DNA of 64,000 nt, from assembly GCA_010909165.1 (NCBI GenBank), contig MU008179.1:62001-126000 (forward strand), in the 5' to 3' direction. Both the position numbers and the translations under genes were made by a program. Shown piece after piece: positions 1 to 10,600 of the stretch. Origin of the DNA: Anthoceros angustus (lineage: Eukaryota; Plantae; Anthocerotophyta). The notes below the pieces were generated by a model. The model saw nothing but the letters and a program-made list of their open reading frames with translations. It searched no databases and was not told the DNA's origin. The stretch's first letter is position 1; each line of letters begins with the position of its first letter.

Positions 1-286
1 CGACATCATCCGACAAGTGAAAACCTTGGTACCACATCCGGATGTGAACTCGCCTTGCCAGCAGCGATGTTCTCGCATGGCTGAACTCAGGTCGTGGCCT
101 GAAATGGCTGGAATTCTGGACTTGAAGGAGTAGGAACGCACCTTTGGAAGGCTCTGTGTCCATGTGGGTATGCCAATTTGCTTGGGAGAGCCTGGAAAAG
201 CCGCTCACCAGTTGCAGCTGCGCTCGCCTGTCCCGAGGCCGTAGCCTGTACAGGGCCGGACGCCGGAACGGGACGGACGGTGAGCC

Positions 287-326
287 GAGCTGAGCTGAGC
301 TGAGCTGAGCTGAGCTGAGCTGAGCT
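287..326. repeat. (CTGAG)n microsatellite
   Basis: About 8 consecutive GAGCT units, read directly. Confidence 0.95.
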
Positions 327-515
327 GGCTTGGTGTAGTAAACAAACCACGTCAGTGGCTGGCCGGGGATGAGCAGGAATCTTGTGCACATGCTGAGGGG
401 AAGCCTACTGCGTTACGCTGAGGCGAAGCAACTGGTGCGTTACGGTCAGGGCTCGGAATATCCGTGGCATCAGTTGCCCGTTGCAGATGGCCCTACCTGC
501 TGGCGCCTGTTCCCT

Positions 516-583
516 AGCCCGTCCCAGCCCGTCCCAGCCCGTCCCAGCCCGTCCCAGCTCCTCCCAGCCCGTCCCGTCCCGTT
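516..583. repeat. (CCCGTCCCAG)n minisatellite
   Basis: About 5-6 units of AGCCCGTCCC, read directly. Confidence 0.9.
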
Positions 584-1617
584 ACGCCCCTGCCACGTCT
601 CTGGTCCCGGCCGTGGTCCCTTCCCCCTCTTGCCTGTCTCGCCGGTCTACTGCAAGGCAGTGTCGTTCTGGCAGGCGGACAATCATGCGGTAGGTTTAAG
701 GGCCCCAGTGTCTCGGTCCGGACAGGCTGGGTCCCTCCTCGAACCGCGTCCACCCCACAGTGGGTCGCAGTACCGTAAAACTGCGTCATTGGATTCCCGC
801 GGCCTGCTGCCCGCTGCCCGCTGCCCGAACGTTCTGCGCGCAGAAGTTGCTTCAACCGGGTGGGGTGGGGCGAGATATTTTCCCCGCATAGGGACGGGAC
901 ATTCCGGGGCTAATCCAAGAAAAAGGCCGTGGTGTAAAGCAGAGAACCGGTATACATACATACGTAATTGCCTTGATGCCCCTGTGTTTTTCTTCTAGGG
1001 TAGATATTTACTCAATGAGTAAATACCTTGTAACTGAATTCCCGTGCAATGAGTTGTGAATTAATGTACATAGATTTGAGCTTTTTATAGTAAGGATGTT
1101 TAAACACCTTTGATAAAAATGAGGTTTCAAAATTAATTTCAGTTGTAACGGCTTGATAATGACATGTGATAGAAGGACCTACTTAGCAGGTCCCAGACTT
1201 TATTGATTAGCGAGGATGGAATGGATGTGCACGTGTAATGGACCATTGATAACATCAAGGCATTTCCAAAGCCGTGCAAGCTTCTACTGACTCTTTTCCA
1301 GCCCCCGTTTTCACTGTTTTCGGAAGCCGTGCAAGCTTTCATGGATTCTCTTTCAACCCCGGATTCCACGAACTCTTTTTGTACTTTGTGTGCGTGTATG
1401 CAACATGTACCCGACAAACTTGACAATTATCAAGGTTGTATTGGGTGTGCAATATATATGTACCCCACAACTTGACAATTATCAAGGTTGTATTGGGTGT
1501 GCAATATGTACAGTACCCAACAACCTGACAATTACAAGGTTGTAGTGGGCAACTGCACACGACTTGCACTTTGCAAAAACAACCTCATCTTCCATCCCGA
1601 ATTTTACCGTCGGCTTA

Positions 1618-1678
1618 ACATACTTACATACGTACATGAGCCAACCGTACGTTGGCCCATGTACGTATGTAAGTATGT
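1618..1678. other. Near-perfect inverted repeat (hairpin): 28-bp stem with one mismatch, 5-nt loop
   Basis: ACATACTTACATACGTACATGAGCCAAC-CGTAC-GTTGGCCCATGTACGTATGTAAGTATGT; the outer 21 bp pair perfectly. Confidence 0.9.
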
Positions 1679-1929
1679 ACAGACAAAAAGAATGGACTTT
1701 TAAGTCCGTGCACTTCCCAGACAATTTGACCAAATTCGCTTGGCTTGCATCTAGGTTAACTTCAACCAGGTTGTTTGTGTTGTGTAAACACAAAAAGGGG
1801 TTTGTCGATGGTATTTCCGACAGCAATAAATTAACCTATCTAATAATACTTTCGTCAGCATGTGGCCCTAGCCAGAACATATCCGTAACTGCGACTTTTA
1901 GCGCTAGAAAAGTCTTCTTGCGCAAGTAC

Positions 1930-2560
1930 GCCAAGCACGTACATAGCTAGGAAGGACATATGTTTCCGTAACTTGGACAATGACCGTCTCTAGAGTCAAC
2001 TCAAAAGTCTTCTTTGGAGAGTACGGCAAGCACGTAGCTAGCAAGGACATATGTTTCCGTAACTTGGACAATACGGCAAGCATGTAGCTAGCAAGGACAT
2101 ATGTTTCCGTAACTTGGACAATATGGCAAGCATGTAGCTAGCAAGGACATATATTTCCGTAACTTGGACAATGACCGTATGTAGAGTCAACTCAAAAGTC
2201 TTCTTTGGAGAGTACGGCAAGCACGTAGCTAGCAAGGACATATGCTTCCGTAACTTGGACAATCACCATATGTAGAGTCAACTCAAAAGTCTTCTTTGGA
2301 GAGTACAACAAGCACGTAGCTAGCAAGGACATATGTTTCCGTAACTTGAACAATACGGCAAGCACGTAGCTAGCAAGGACATATGTTTCCGTAACTTGAA
2401 CAATACGGCAAGCACGTAGCTAGCAAGGACATATGTTTCCGTAACTCCGACAGTACAACAAGCACGTAGCTAGCAAGGACATATGTTTCCGTAACTCCGA
2501 CAGTACAACAAGCACGTAGCTAGCAAGGACATATGTTTCCGTAACTTGGAGTAGAGTCAA
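1930..2560. repeat. Tandem array of ten ~50-bp units, three of them extended by a ~40-bp insert
   Basis: Core AAGCACGTAGCTAGCAAGGACATATGTTTCCGTAACTT at ~1952, 2044, 2094, 2144, 2234, 2325, 2375, 2425, 2475, 2525 (AAGGACATAT anchor). Insert GTAGAGTCAACTCAAAAGTCTTCTTTGGAGAG follows units 1, 4 and 5. Confidence 0.95.
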
Positions 2561-2657
2561 CCGATCCACCGAACGTCTATAGAGTTATGTGATCTGTTCA
2601 TTTGTTGAGCATCCGCTAAGTAGTCATGTTATGTAGTCCGCAATGTTGACCATGCCC

Positions 2658-3360
2658 AAAGTCATATGCAATCTACAACTATTCATAAAGTCATGCGGAA
2701 CCCGCAGTCATATGCAATCTACAACTGTTCTTAAAGTCATGCAGAACCCAAAGTCATATGCAGTCTACAACTGTTCATAAAGTCATGTGGAACCGTTCAC
2801 AGAGTATACGCAAGTGTTTTGTAAAGTCATGTGCAACAGTTTCGTTTCCGTTATCCGTTATTGTGGTGTACTTCCTGGTCATGTGACAGTTTGAGCAGTT
2901 GTCTGTCCCAGGAGTCCCGTAAAATCATGTACAACGGTATTCCGTTATTCTGGTTTACTTCTTGGTCATGTGATAGTTTGAGCAATTGTCCCTGGCGTCA
3001 ACTGGTTTTCCGTTATCTGTTGTTGTGGGGTACTTCTTGGTCATGTGACAATTTGAGTAGCTGTCCCAAAATTCCCGTAAAATCATGTGCTACGGTTTTC
3101 CGGTTTACTTCCTGGTCACGTGACAATTTGAGCAGTTGTCCCTCGAGTCACGTGCAATGGTTTTCCATTCTGTTATTCTAGTTTACTTCATGATCGCGTG
3201 ACAAACTTTGAACGACTGTGTGTAGAGATGGTTTTCCTTTGGGTTATCTTGGTCTACTTCCTAATCATGTTATTTGAACAATTATACATAGATATGTTTT
3301 TCTTTTCCGTTATTTTGGTTTACTTCTTAATCATATGCGCATGTGATAAAGTTTGAGCAA
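2658..3360. repeat. Two adjacent degenerate tandem arrays (~46-bp x3, then ~75-bp x6)
   Basis: AGTCATATGCAATCTACAACT.TTC.TAAAGTCATG x3 (2658-2795); GGT(T/G)TACTTC(C/T)TGGTCATGTGACA.TTTGAGCA recurs through 2860-3360. Confidence 0.8.
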
Positions 3361-4048
3361 CCATTCTACCTATTAAGTTTTTATCTATTATATTATAAAA
3401 TTATTTTCTGATTTCTTGTTTTTATAAAAGAACATTGCGAGCTGATGCTGAGATGCTTGGGAAGCGCTTTGGCGTATGTAAACATGTGTAGAAAGAAATG
3501 GAAGAGAAAAGAAGAGAAAAAAGAGGCAACTTGGCAATGGGGTTAGCCCTGACCCCGATCTTAGATGACAGGCTACGCCCGGGGTAGGCCGCAGTCTCTC
3601 TCTTCCCTCAAGGGAAGCGGGTTGCCGAGAGAGAGGAAGGAACGGGAGAGCTGGTGGGAGAGACGGCACGGACACACACACACCTCTGCGAGCGGAGGGG
3701 AGCTCGGGCGCACAGGAGGCGCTGCTACCGCGCTAGCTGCGCCACTGCATTCCGTTTTCAGGCGCTACCGACGAGTATCTTCGTGTTTGCAGGTGCCTTG
3801 ATTGCAACCCCAGCTTCTTCTGCGCCTTCGAATTTGCCCTGCTAGTTATGTGTTGCACACTCTTCCAACTTTGCTGAGCGCTGGCGCTTGCGATCCTGCT
3901 GCTGTTTGTGGTGTGAGTTCCAAGGATGTTAATTGTGTAGGGTCTGACTTAGCTGTGTTTGCGCGAGATCGACCTCTCGGTATACGTAGCGTGCTCATGA
4001 CCTCGGCTTGTTTGTAGGCTAGGTAATAGCCTGCAAAGGGAGAAGGAT

Positions 4049-4800
4049 ATGGCGGAGAAGGATGAATCCTACCGAAAATCTGTACGACGACCACGTGCAC
4101 GCGACAGGCATCCTCTTCTAGCCGTGCAACTGCCTTTGCAACCGCCATCTCCACAACAACCAGTGAGCGACGGCGCAGTGCTGCAGCCAGAAGACAGGGA
4201 GGGCGAGGTAACGTCGGCTCTGCTAAATCTGATGCGGCAGCACCAACAAGGACCCTCGCGGCTGCAGCTGCGGCTCATGGCCGAGCCTGATAATGCAATG
4301 GGCGTTCATGAGATCACCGCTCAGTGGCGTACCTGGGCTCGCTCTGAGAAGCGATCAAGGATTCGGGTCGGGCACCCCGACGGGATGGAGCCGGTATACC
4401 GTGCACACTTTCGTGATGTCCTGCCGCCTGACGAAGCCGTGGCGTTTTTCAGGAGGTTGAGCCTGGCAGAGGTAAAGGCTACCGTTTCCCTTGGCTACCC
4501 GGTGGACTCCACCAGCGGTACCGGTACCGCGGCTGGCCGCCCCTTTGTATCCCCGCGAGCTGATCATTTGATTACTGCTTTTACGTGTTGCACCACAGGC
4601 TCCTGCTCCTGCTGGGGGTCCGGCCCCGGACGCCCCGCTCATGACCGCTCAGGGAGGCTCTGGTGAGCCTCGAGGAGCGCAGGAAGGCTCTGATGAGCCT
4701 CGAGGAGCGCAGGGAGGCTCTGATGAGCCTCGAGGAGCGCAGGGAGGCTCTGATGAGCCTCGAGGAGCGCAGGGCAGCTTTGCTTCGCCTTCTTCTGGAG
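4049..4800 (+). CDS. Putative spliced gene of unknown function (first two predicted exons; 3' part unresolved)
   Basis: ATGGCG at 4049; exon 4049-4471 ends in phase 0 at GAG|GTAAAG. Pyrimidine-rich acceptor CCACAG|4599 continues in frame (APAPAGGPAPDAPLMTAQGGSGEPR...) to GGAG|GTACGT at 4800. No recognisable domain. Confidence 0.4.
4653..4773 (+). repeat. 30-bp tandem repeat x4 (GGSDEPRGAQ if coding)
   Basis: GGAGGCTCTGATGAGCCTCGAGGAGCGCAG repeated four times. Confidence 0.95.
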
Positions 4801-6044
4801 GTACGTACCTAGCTTGTTTCCATTTCTGGGCCAGCTATGAGCTTGCTTCCATGGCTTGGTATGGGTGCTGGCAGCTGCAATATGTTTTCAACGATGTATG
4901 ATGCATATGCATCATGTATGATCCCTGCGTTGAAACTGTTTAAGATCATCTTTGCGTGGATCCGGTGGCTGGTTATTTGTGAGATTGGCATGAATGGCTG
5001 CACAGTCTGCAGGCTCCAAGGGATGGTTCTGGATTTCCTTTGCTCTAATCATGATCCGTGGGTCTCCCTCCCGCATGCAGGCCCGCGTTAGGGACTGCAG
5101 CTTTTCCGAATGCGCAATTCGACTTTTGGTCTGTAACCTCGTCTAGGTGCAAGAGTTCCCAGCCATGGAAAAACTTCCGGGCCCGGGCTAGCTGGAACGG
5201 TCGACAGGTTCCAGTTCCATAAATTTGGACCTTTTTTTTTGGAGCTCAGACTCGTGTTTCGCATCGCACATGTAAATGTGGGATTACGCATAACATTGCA
5301 CGACTGGCGTCTGCTCATGAGAGCTCTTAAGCGCGGACAATCATGAAGTCCTTTTGGAATAGATCAAGTTGCAAGCGCCTGGGTCGTAGAGTGTGTGCTT
5401 TTTCTTGATCGATACGTAGTGTCATGTGCCTGCAGTGATGTCAGGCTGTGGGGCAGGAGTGCGCTGGCAACGAACTCTCCAAACAGCGAGGAGGAGTGCC
5501 AGTTTGCGTGGGGAGGTCGAGCCTGGGAAAGCCGGTGCTAAGCGCAGCTATCGGCCGTAATGATCTGCTATTTGACATATTGATCGGCCGCTGCTCAAGT
5601 CCACCAGCTACGGCAGGGCAGGGCAGGGGGGGCAAGCGACGGGCCTGCTCTGATTCAGCTCTTGCCCAGGGTCATGCACGCAATTCGACCAGGCCGGACC
5701 TCTTGGGCAGAGAGTAATGCACGGTAGACAGAGCCTTCAAGCTCATCCTTTCCTCAAACTCCACACTTGAGCGGTGGCCAAGCGCTAGAAACTATGTACG
5801 AGTTTTAATGAATGCGGCTGTCCCCTGCCAGAGAGCCACCTGCCCCTTGCCTCTTAAAGCGGTGTACAGCACTGAGCAGCGCGGAGTTCTGCCCATAGCC
5901 ACTCGTCTTGTCGTTTTAAATTAAGCAGCTCTGAGATGTGACTGCTCTTGCACCCGCTCAAGGGCGTGATTAATTCTATTCTTATGTGGGAGCCCGGACG
6001 CGGGAATCAACCTCTTTCTGCTCAGCATCGCTTGATTCCTTCCC

Positions 6045-6990
6045 AACTTCATCCGACAAGCGAAAACCTCGGAACCCATCCGGATCTGAACTCGCATTGC
6101 CGGCAGCAATGTTGCCACATGCCTGAAGTCAAGGACGAGGCCTGAAATTCGGGACTTGAAGGAGTGGGAACGCACCTTGGGGAGGTTCTCTATCCATGTA
6201 GCTAGGTACGTACATACATACATGAATACATACATACATACATACATACAGATGCGGTAGGCCAAGGCCAGTTTGCATGCGAGAGCCTGGGAGAGCCGCT
6301 CACCAGCCAGTTTCGTGGGAGACCCTGGGAAAGGAAAGCCGCTCACCAGTTGCAGCTGCGCTCGTCTGTCCCGAGGCCAGCACAGGGGCGGGACGGACAG
6401 TAATGCGCGACCTGGCTCGCTGTAGTAAACAAACCACCTCGGAGGCTGGCCGAGGATGAACTGGAATCTGGTGCACATGCGGAGGGGAAGCCTACTGCGT
6501 TACGCTGAGGGAGCCAAGGCTAGGAATATGCGTTGCATCATTGCTGATGCCCTCACGGTCCCGTGCCGTTGAACATGGCCGAAATCCTTTTCGTGCCTGT
6601 TCCCCAGGCCGTCGTCCCCTCCCGTCCCCGCCCGTCCCGTTCTGGGCCTGCCCCGTCGCTGGTCCCGGCCCAGGAGGCAGATGACGCAGTTTCCCGGTAC
6701 TGCGCCATAATCATGCGGTAGGTGTTAAGCGCCACAGTGTCCCGGTCCGGACAGGCGGGGCCCTTCCTTCAACCGCGTCTACTCCACAGTAGAATGCAGT
6801 ACCGGGAAACTGAGTCATTGGCCTGCCCGCTGCCCGCTGCCCGTCGCTCGTTGCCCGTTGCCCGAACGTACCCAGAGCACCCAGGCTGCTTCAAGCGCGT
6901 GGAGTGGGGTGGCATCTTTTTCGCGCAGGGGCATTGGACATCCCGGGATGAGCTTAACCGGCTGGTTAGAACCCGTAAAAAGAATTAGGG
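6045..6990. repeat. Copy B of the diverged ~1 kb direct repeat (partner at 1-960)
   Basis: Same colinear blocks as copy A; carries a (CATA)n tract at ~6208-6250 instead of the (CTGAG)n tract. Confidence 0.85.
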
Positions 6991-7699
6991 TTTGAACTTA
7001 GGGCGCGGGAGAGGAGGATGGTCAAACTCGTTCAAAAGCAATGGCAACGGAAGAGCGGCACCACTAAATGTGACGTGAGGCTTAGTGTGGCGTTTTACCG
7101 CGGGATCAATTTCGTACCCGTTTTCTCCCCTAGCGCCCCTCTCCTCAAGCCTCTCTCCTCTCTCCTCTCTCCTCTCTCCTCTCTGTTGGCGGCTCCCTCC
7201 TCTTTTGTCTCCTCCTTCCCTATTCCCCGTCATTCTGAAGCTCTGCCACTGAGCTCCCCCGAGTTCAGGGGCCTTGAGCTCCTGCATCGCCGGCCTGCAA
7301 CGCACTGCTCCAAGCTTCCACAGCCTGCTCCAAGCTTGCTCGACCACCAGGCATTCCCTCGGCCAGCTGTGCTCTGCAGCGGTAAGCAATTGGACTACAT
7401 ACCTAGCTGGTAAAACAAGGTCCTGAAGTTCTTCTCCCAGCCTGCTGTGTCCAGCTATAGCAAGCAGCTAATTACTCCCTTCGTTTCATCGCTTGCTTCA
7501 GGCTTCTCCCACTCCCGTGGAAGCGCTCCAGCATTCCGGATCTGTTCGCGCTCGCTTGGGAGCGTCAGGTAGCCTCGCATTCCGTGCTTTTCCTGCTGGG
7601 AGCTCGTGAGTGAAGTTATCAGGGGAAGGAGGCTTGAGCGATTGCCTTTGCTAACAGTATTGTTGGGCTGACTGCAGCTCCCGATATCCGCACGGGAAG

Positions 7700-10600
7700 A
7701 TGGCTCGAATCAGGAAGCCGCGGTCGGCAGTGAGACCCCCGGGAGCGGTGGTGCTTCCTTTGGTTCAAGCTGGTCTTGTTGCGGTTGCTCGACCCCGGCT
7801 CCATACCGCGGTGGACCTGAATCTGCAACCGGACGAAAACGATCGCCGCATTGCCGCATGGGAAGCTCGACAGAGGCGTGGAGTGGCCATCATGCGCGCC
7901 CGACCTTGGGGCCGCCTTCGAATCTGGAGGCCAAGGAAACATCACCCAGGTATGCGTAAAACAAAAGCACTTCCCCTGCAACCTCGCGTTCCTTTGCGTG
8001 ACATGAAGAAAGGTCGGGCGCGAGGTCGTTCTCGCCTTTTGCTGCGCCAGCTTCCCTCGGCGCCGGCGCCGGCGCCCGAGCCTGTGCCTGTGCCTGTGCC
8101 GGTGCCTCTCGTACCCCTCCCTCCGCTTCCCCCGCCTGTGGTCGTTCCGCCCAAACGCAGAAAGCTGCGCGCGCCAGCAGCACATCCCCATCCGCTTCCT
8201 CCCACTCCACTCCTTCCTCCACCGCCATCCCTCCCTGCCGAGCCCGCTCCACCCACATCTGGGGCGCTTCGCTTACCACGGGCTCACGTCGGGGCGGATC
8301 CCCAGCCTCCAGCTTCTGCTTCAGGTAATTCCTGCAATGTCTGCTTCCTCCTGCGCAGTTCAAGCCGATTCTGGATTTGCATTGCCCTGTAAAGGCCTGC
8401 TGATGATTTTGATCGTTTGCCCAACCTGCGCGCAGTGAGGAGAAAAGGTTCTCGTGCCCCGGTACTCGGCCGAACCAGACCCGGACCTCCTGCAACGACA
8501 GCTCCAAAGCCCCTTGGAGAAGGATCACCAGCAGCCGCTGGCAGCACGCGGAAGCGTACGCACAATGCCATTGGGAAGGTTTGTGGACTCACCTGCTGAT
8601 TTGGTGATTTGCAGCACACCTTACCTTGCTTCTAACAATCCGTCGTGAAATGGCCTAACTTCATGACCATGCACTTCACAACTGTGCAGCTTTCTTCATG
8701 ACTGCTGTCTTAAGCTTAAAATAAAATAATGCTTGTTTTGACGTCTCAGACTTCAGCATGACTCAGTTCAGGTTCGTCCAATCTTGATTGATAACTTGTG
8801 CAGGCGGCAAAAGCGAACGATGAGGCTTCGTCCTCATCACGGCCCATTCATATACACGGGCGAGCTATGCCGTCCTGTGAAGATGACACTGCGCTGATAT
8901 GGGCAAATAAGCGGACCCGATCTGGGTCCCGCCGACCGAGGAGAACTCCGTGTGAATCATATGCCACACGTCCAGTGCCCACGTCCAGATCCTCAGTTGG
9001 AGGGGTGGGGATCCAGCGATATCCCATCAGAGAAGTCAACTTGAACGACCCACGGGTATGTAACCAGATTCAATTAAGACTTTCCAGCCGGAGTTCTTCA
9101 ATTCAATGCATATTGTATAGCCCAGTCCTGTTCGCGAGACCGTGATGGATTTGTATGCACGTGAGCATCATTAAGCTTGCTGCATTGTCTGCTCTGTGCC
9201 CACTGCACGGAAATCTTGCAGTTCCCATATCCACGTTCTTATATGTGCTGGTCAACGATGTCTGTAGGATCCAAGCTCGTCTACAGGGCCTAACGTTATG
9301 GAACAAGATCAGGAAAGTTCATCCTCGAATGTAAGTCTATCCTCCGCTCTTCTCAAGCTTGTGCATCCCTGTCGGTGCATGTAGACTTGAGGTATCTTGG
9401 GATACTCTGTCGTGGAAACGATGAGTTTCTGTACATGTCGTGACCCTGTAGCTGTAAGACGTTTGTCAATTATGACCTTCTTGTTTCCTCGAGGTTCACG
9501 ATCATGGCAAGCTTTCAGAATTCGTCATTAATTCTTGGGTGGGAAGTATAGTTATGTATGCAGATTTTAATATGCGTGTATTGTGTGCTTTGCAGATAAT
9601 CTATGTCGATGTCGTGGTGTCACAAGCAGCTCACCCGGAAGCCGATGATATCCGGTCTGTGCCTGATGCGCCTCCAGCCACGTTTGTCCAAGTGCCTCTC
9701 TGCACGAGTACCAGCGCATGCCGAGGCAAAGGTGGACGATCTAAGTGGGACAGGCTCCCGGCTGGCCTGTTCAACGGCCTGCCAGGAACGACGCTGGCAG
9801 CAGCGGAGAAGACAGGAAATCTGTCTTTCTACCTAAGGTATGCCATTAGGGAGAGAACCTGGTTGCAAGACAACCAGCTAGCCCTTACCAAAGGCAAATG
9901 CTGCCCACCAAAGGACTCGCAACTCAAGTCAAGGAAGCTGGTATCTCGGAAGTCACAATTTCAGGGAGTGAATTGCTACAGACGCACCAAGAGATGGGAG
10001 GCACACATATGGTATGCAAACTACATGCTACCCTTCAAGCATGGGTTCCGACTTCCCATTGTTTTGCGCAAATCTGAACTTGTACATTGCATGGGGTATA
10101 ACTTTGAACCTTTTTGTTCTCTTTTGATACTTTTTAGGGAAACACCCAAGAAGCTAAATGGAAAACAGCAATATCTTGGTAGGCTTTCGTGCCTTCATTT
10201 ATAAGCCAGTTCTAACGCGTTACAACATTCATAGAATATCATGTTATATTATATAATTTTTAATTTTTATATTAAAATTTTATTTTTATATTATATTATA
10301 ATACAAATATTATTTTTAATATATACATAAAATATAATATTAAATAGATAGTCTCGAGTATACAACATCCCGAAAGTTTGACATGTTGTAGGACATGATA
10401 ATTCTAATACTTCATTAGTATACAATGTGTATGTTTCATTCAGGTTCATGTTACAACGAGCTAGAAGCTGCAAGGTACGTACTGGATTGAATATGATCCA
10501 TATGGTTTAAAAGACTCAGTACTTATGTATAGATGATACAAAATATTATTTCAAGTATGCATTCTGATTTGAATTTGTTCTAGATCAATGAGTTGTAGTC

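Larger units (their letters stand above)
1..960. repeat. Copy A of a diverged ~1 kb direct repeat (partner at ~6045-6990); left end may lie outside the window
   Basis: Colinear shared blocks with 6045-6990, e.g. CATCCGACAAG(T/C)GAAAACCT, GCCGCTCACCAGTTGCAGCTGCGCTCG, GTAGTAAACAAACCAC, GGGGAAGCCTACTGCGTTACGCTGAGG, CGGTCCGGACAGGC. Confidence 0.85.

Noticed and set aside
369-998. 209-aa ORF in repeat copy A
   Set aside because: The frame is not preserved in copy B (stops and indels) and part of it is microsatellite-derived.
990-1027. Helitron 3' end (hairpin plus CTAG on the minus strand)
   Set aside because: The hairpin is AT-rich, the base after CTAG is A rather than T, and no matching TC 5' end or RepHel sequence was found.
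1930-2560. CRISPR-like appearance of repeated units with intervening sequence
   Set aside because: The intervening pieces are identical to each other, there are no cas genes, and the context is eukaryotic; it is a two-level minisatellite.
1-6990. The ~1 kb direct repeats as LTRs of a retrotransposon
   Set aside because: No TG...CA ends, PBS or PPT were identified, and there are no gag, RT or integrase motifs between them.
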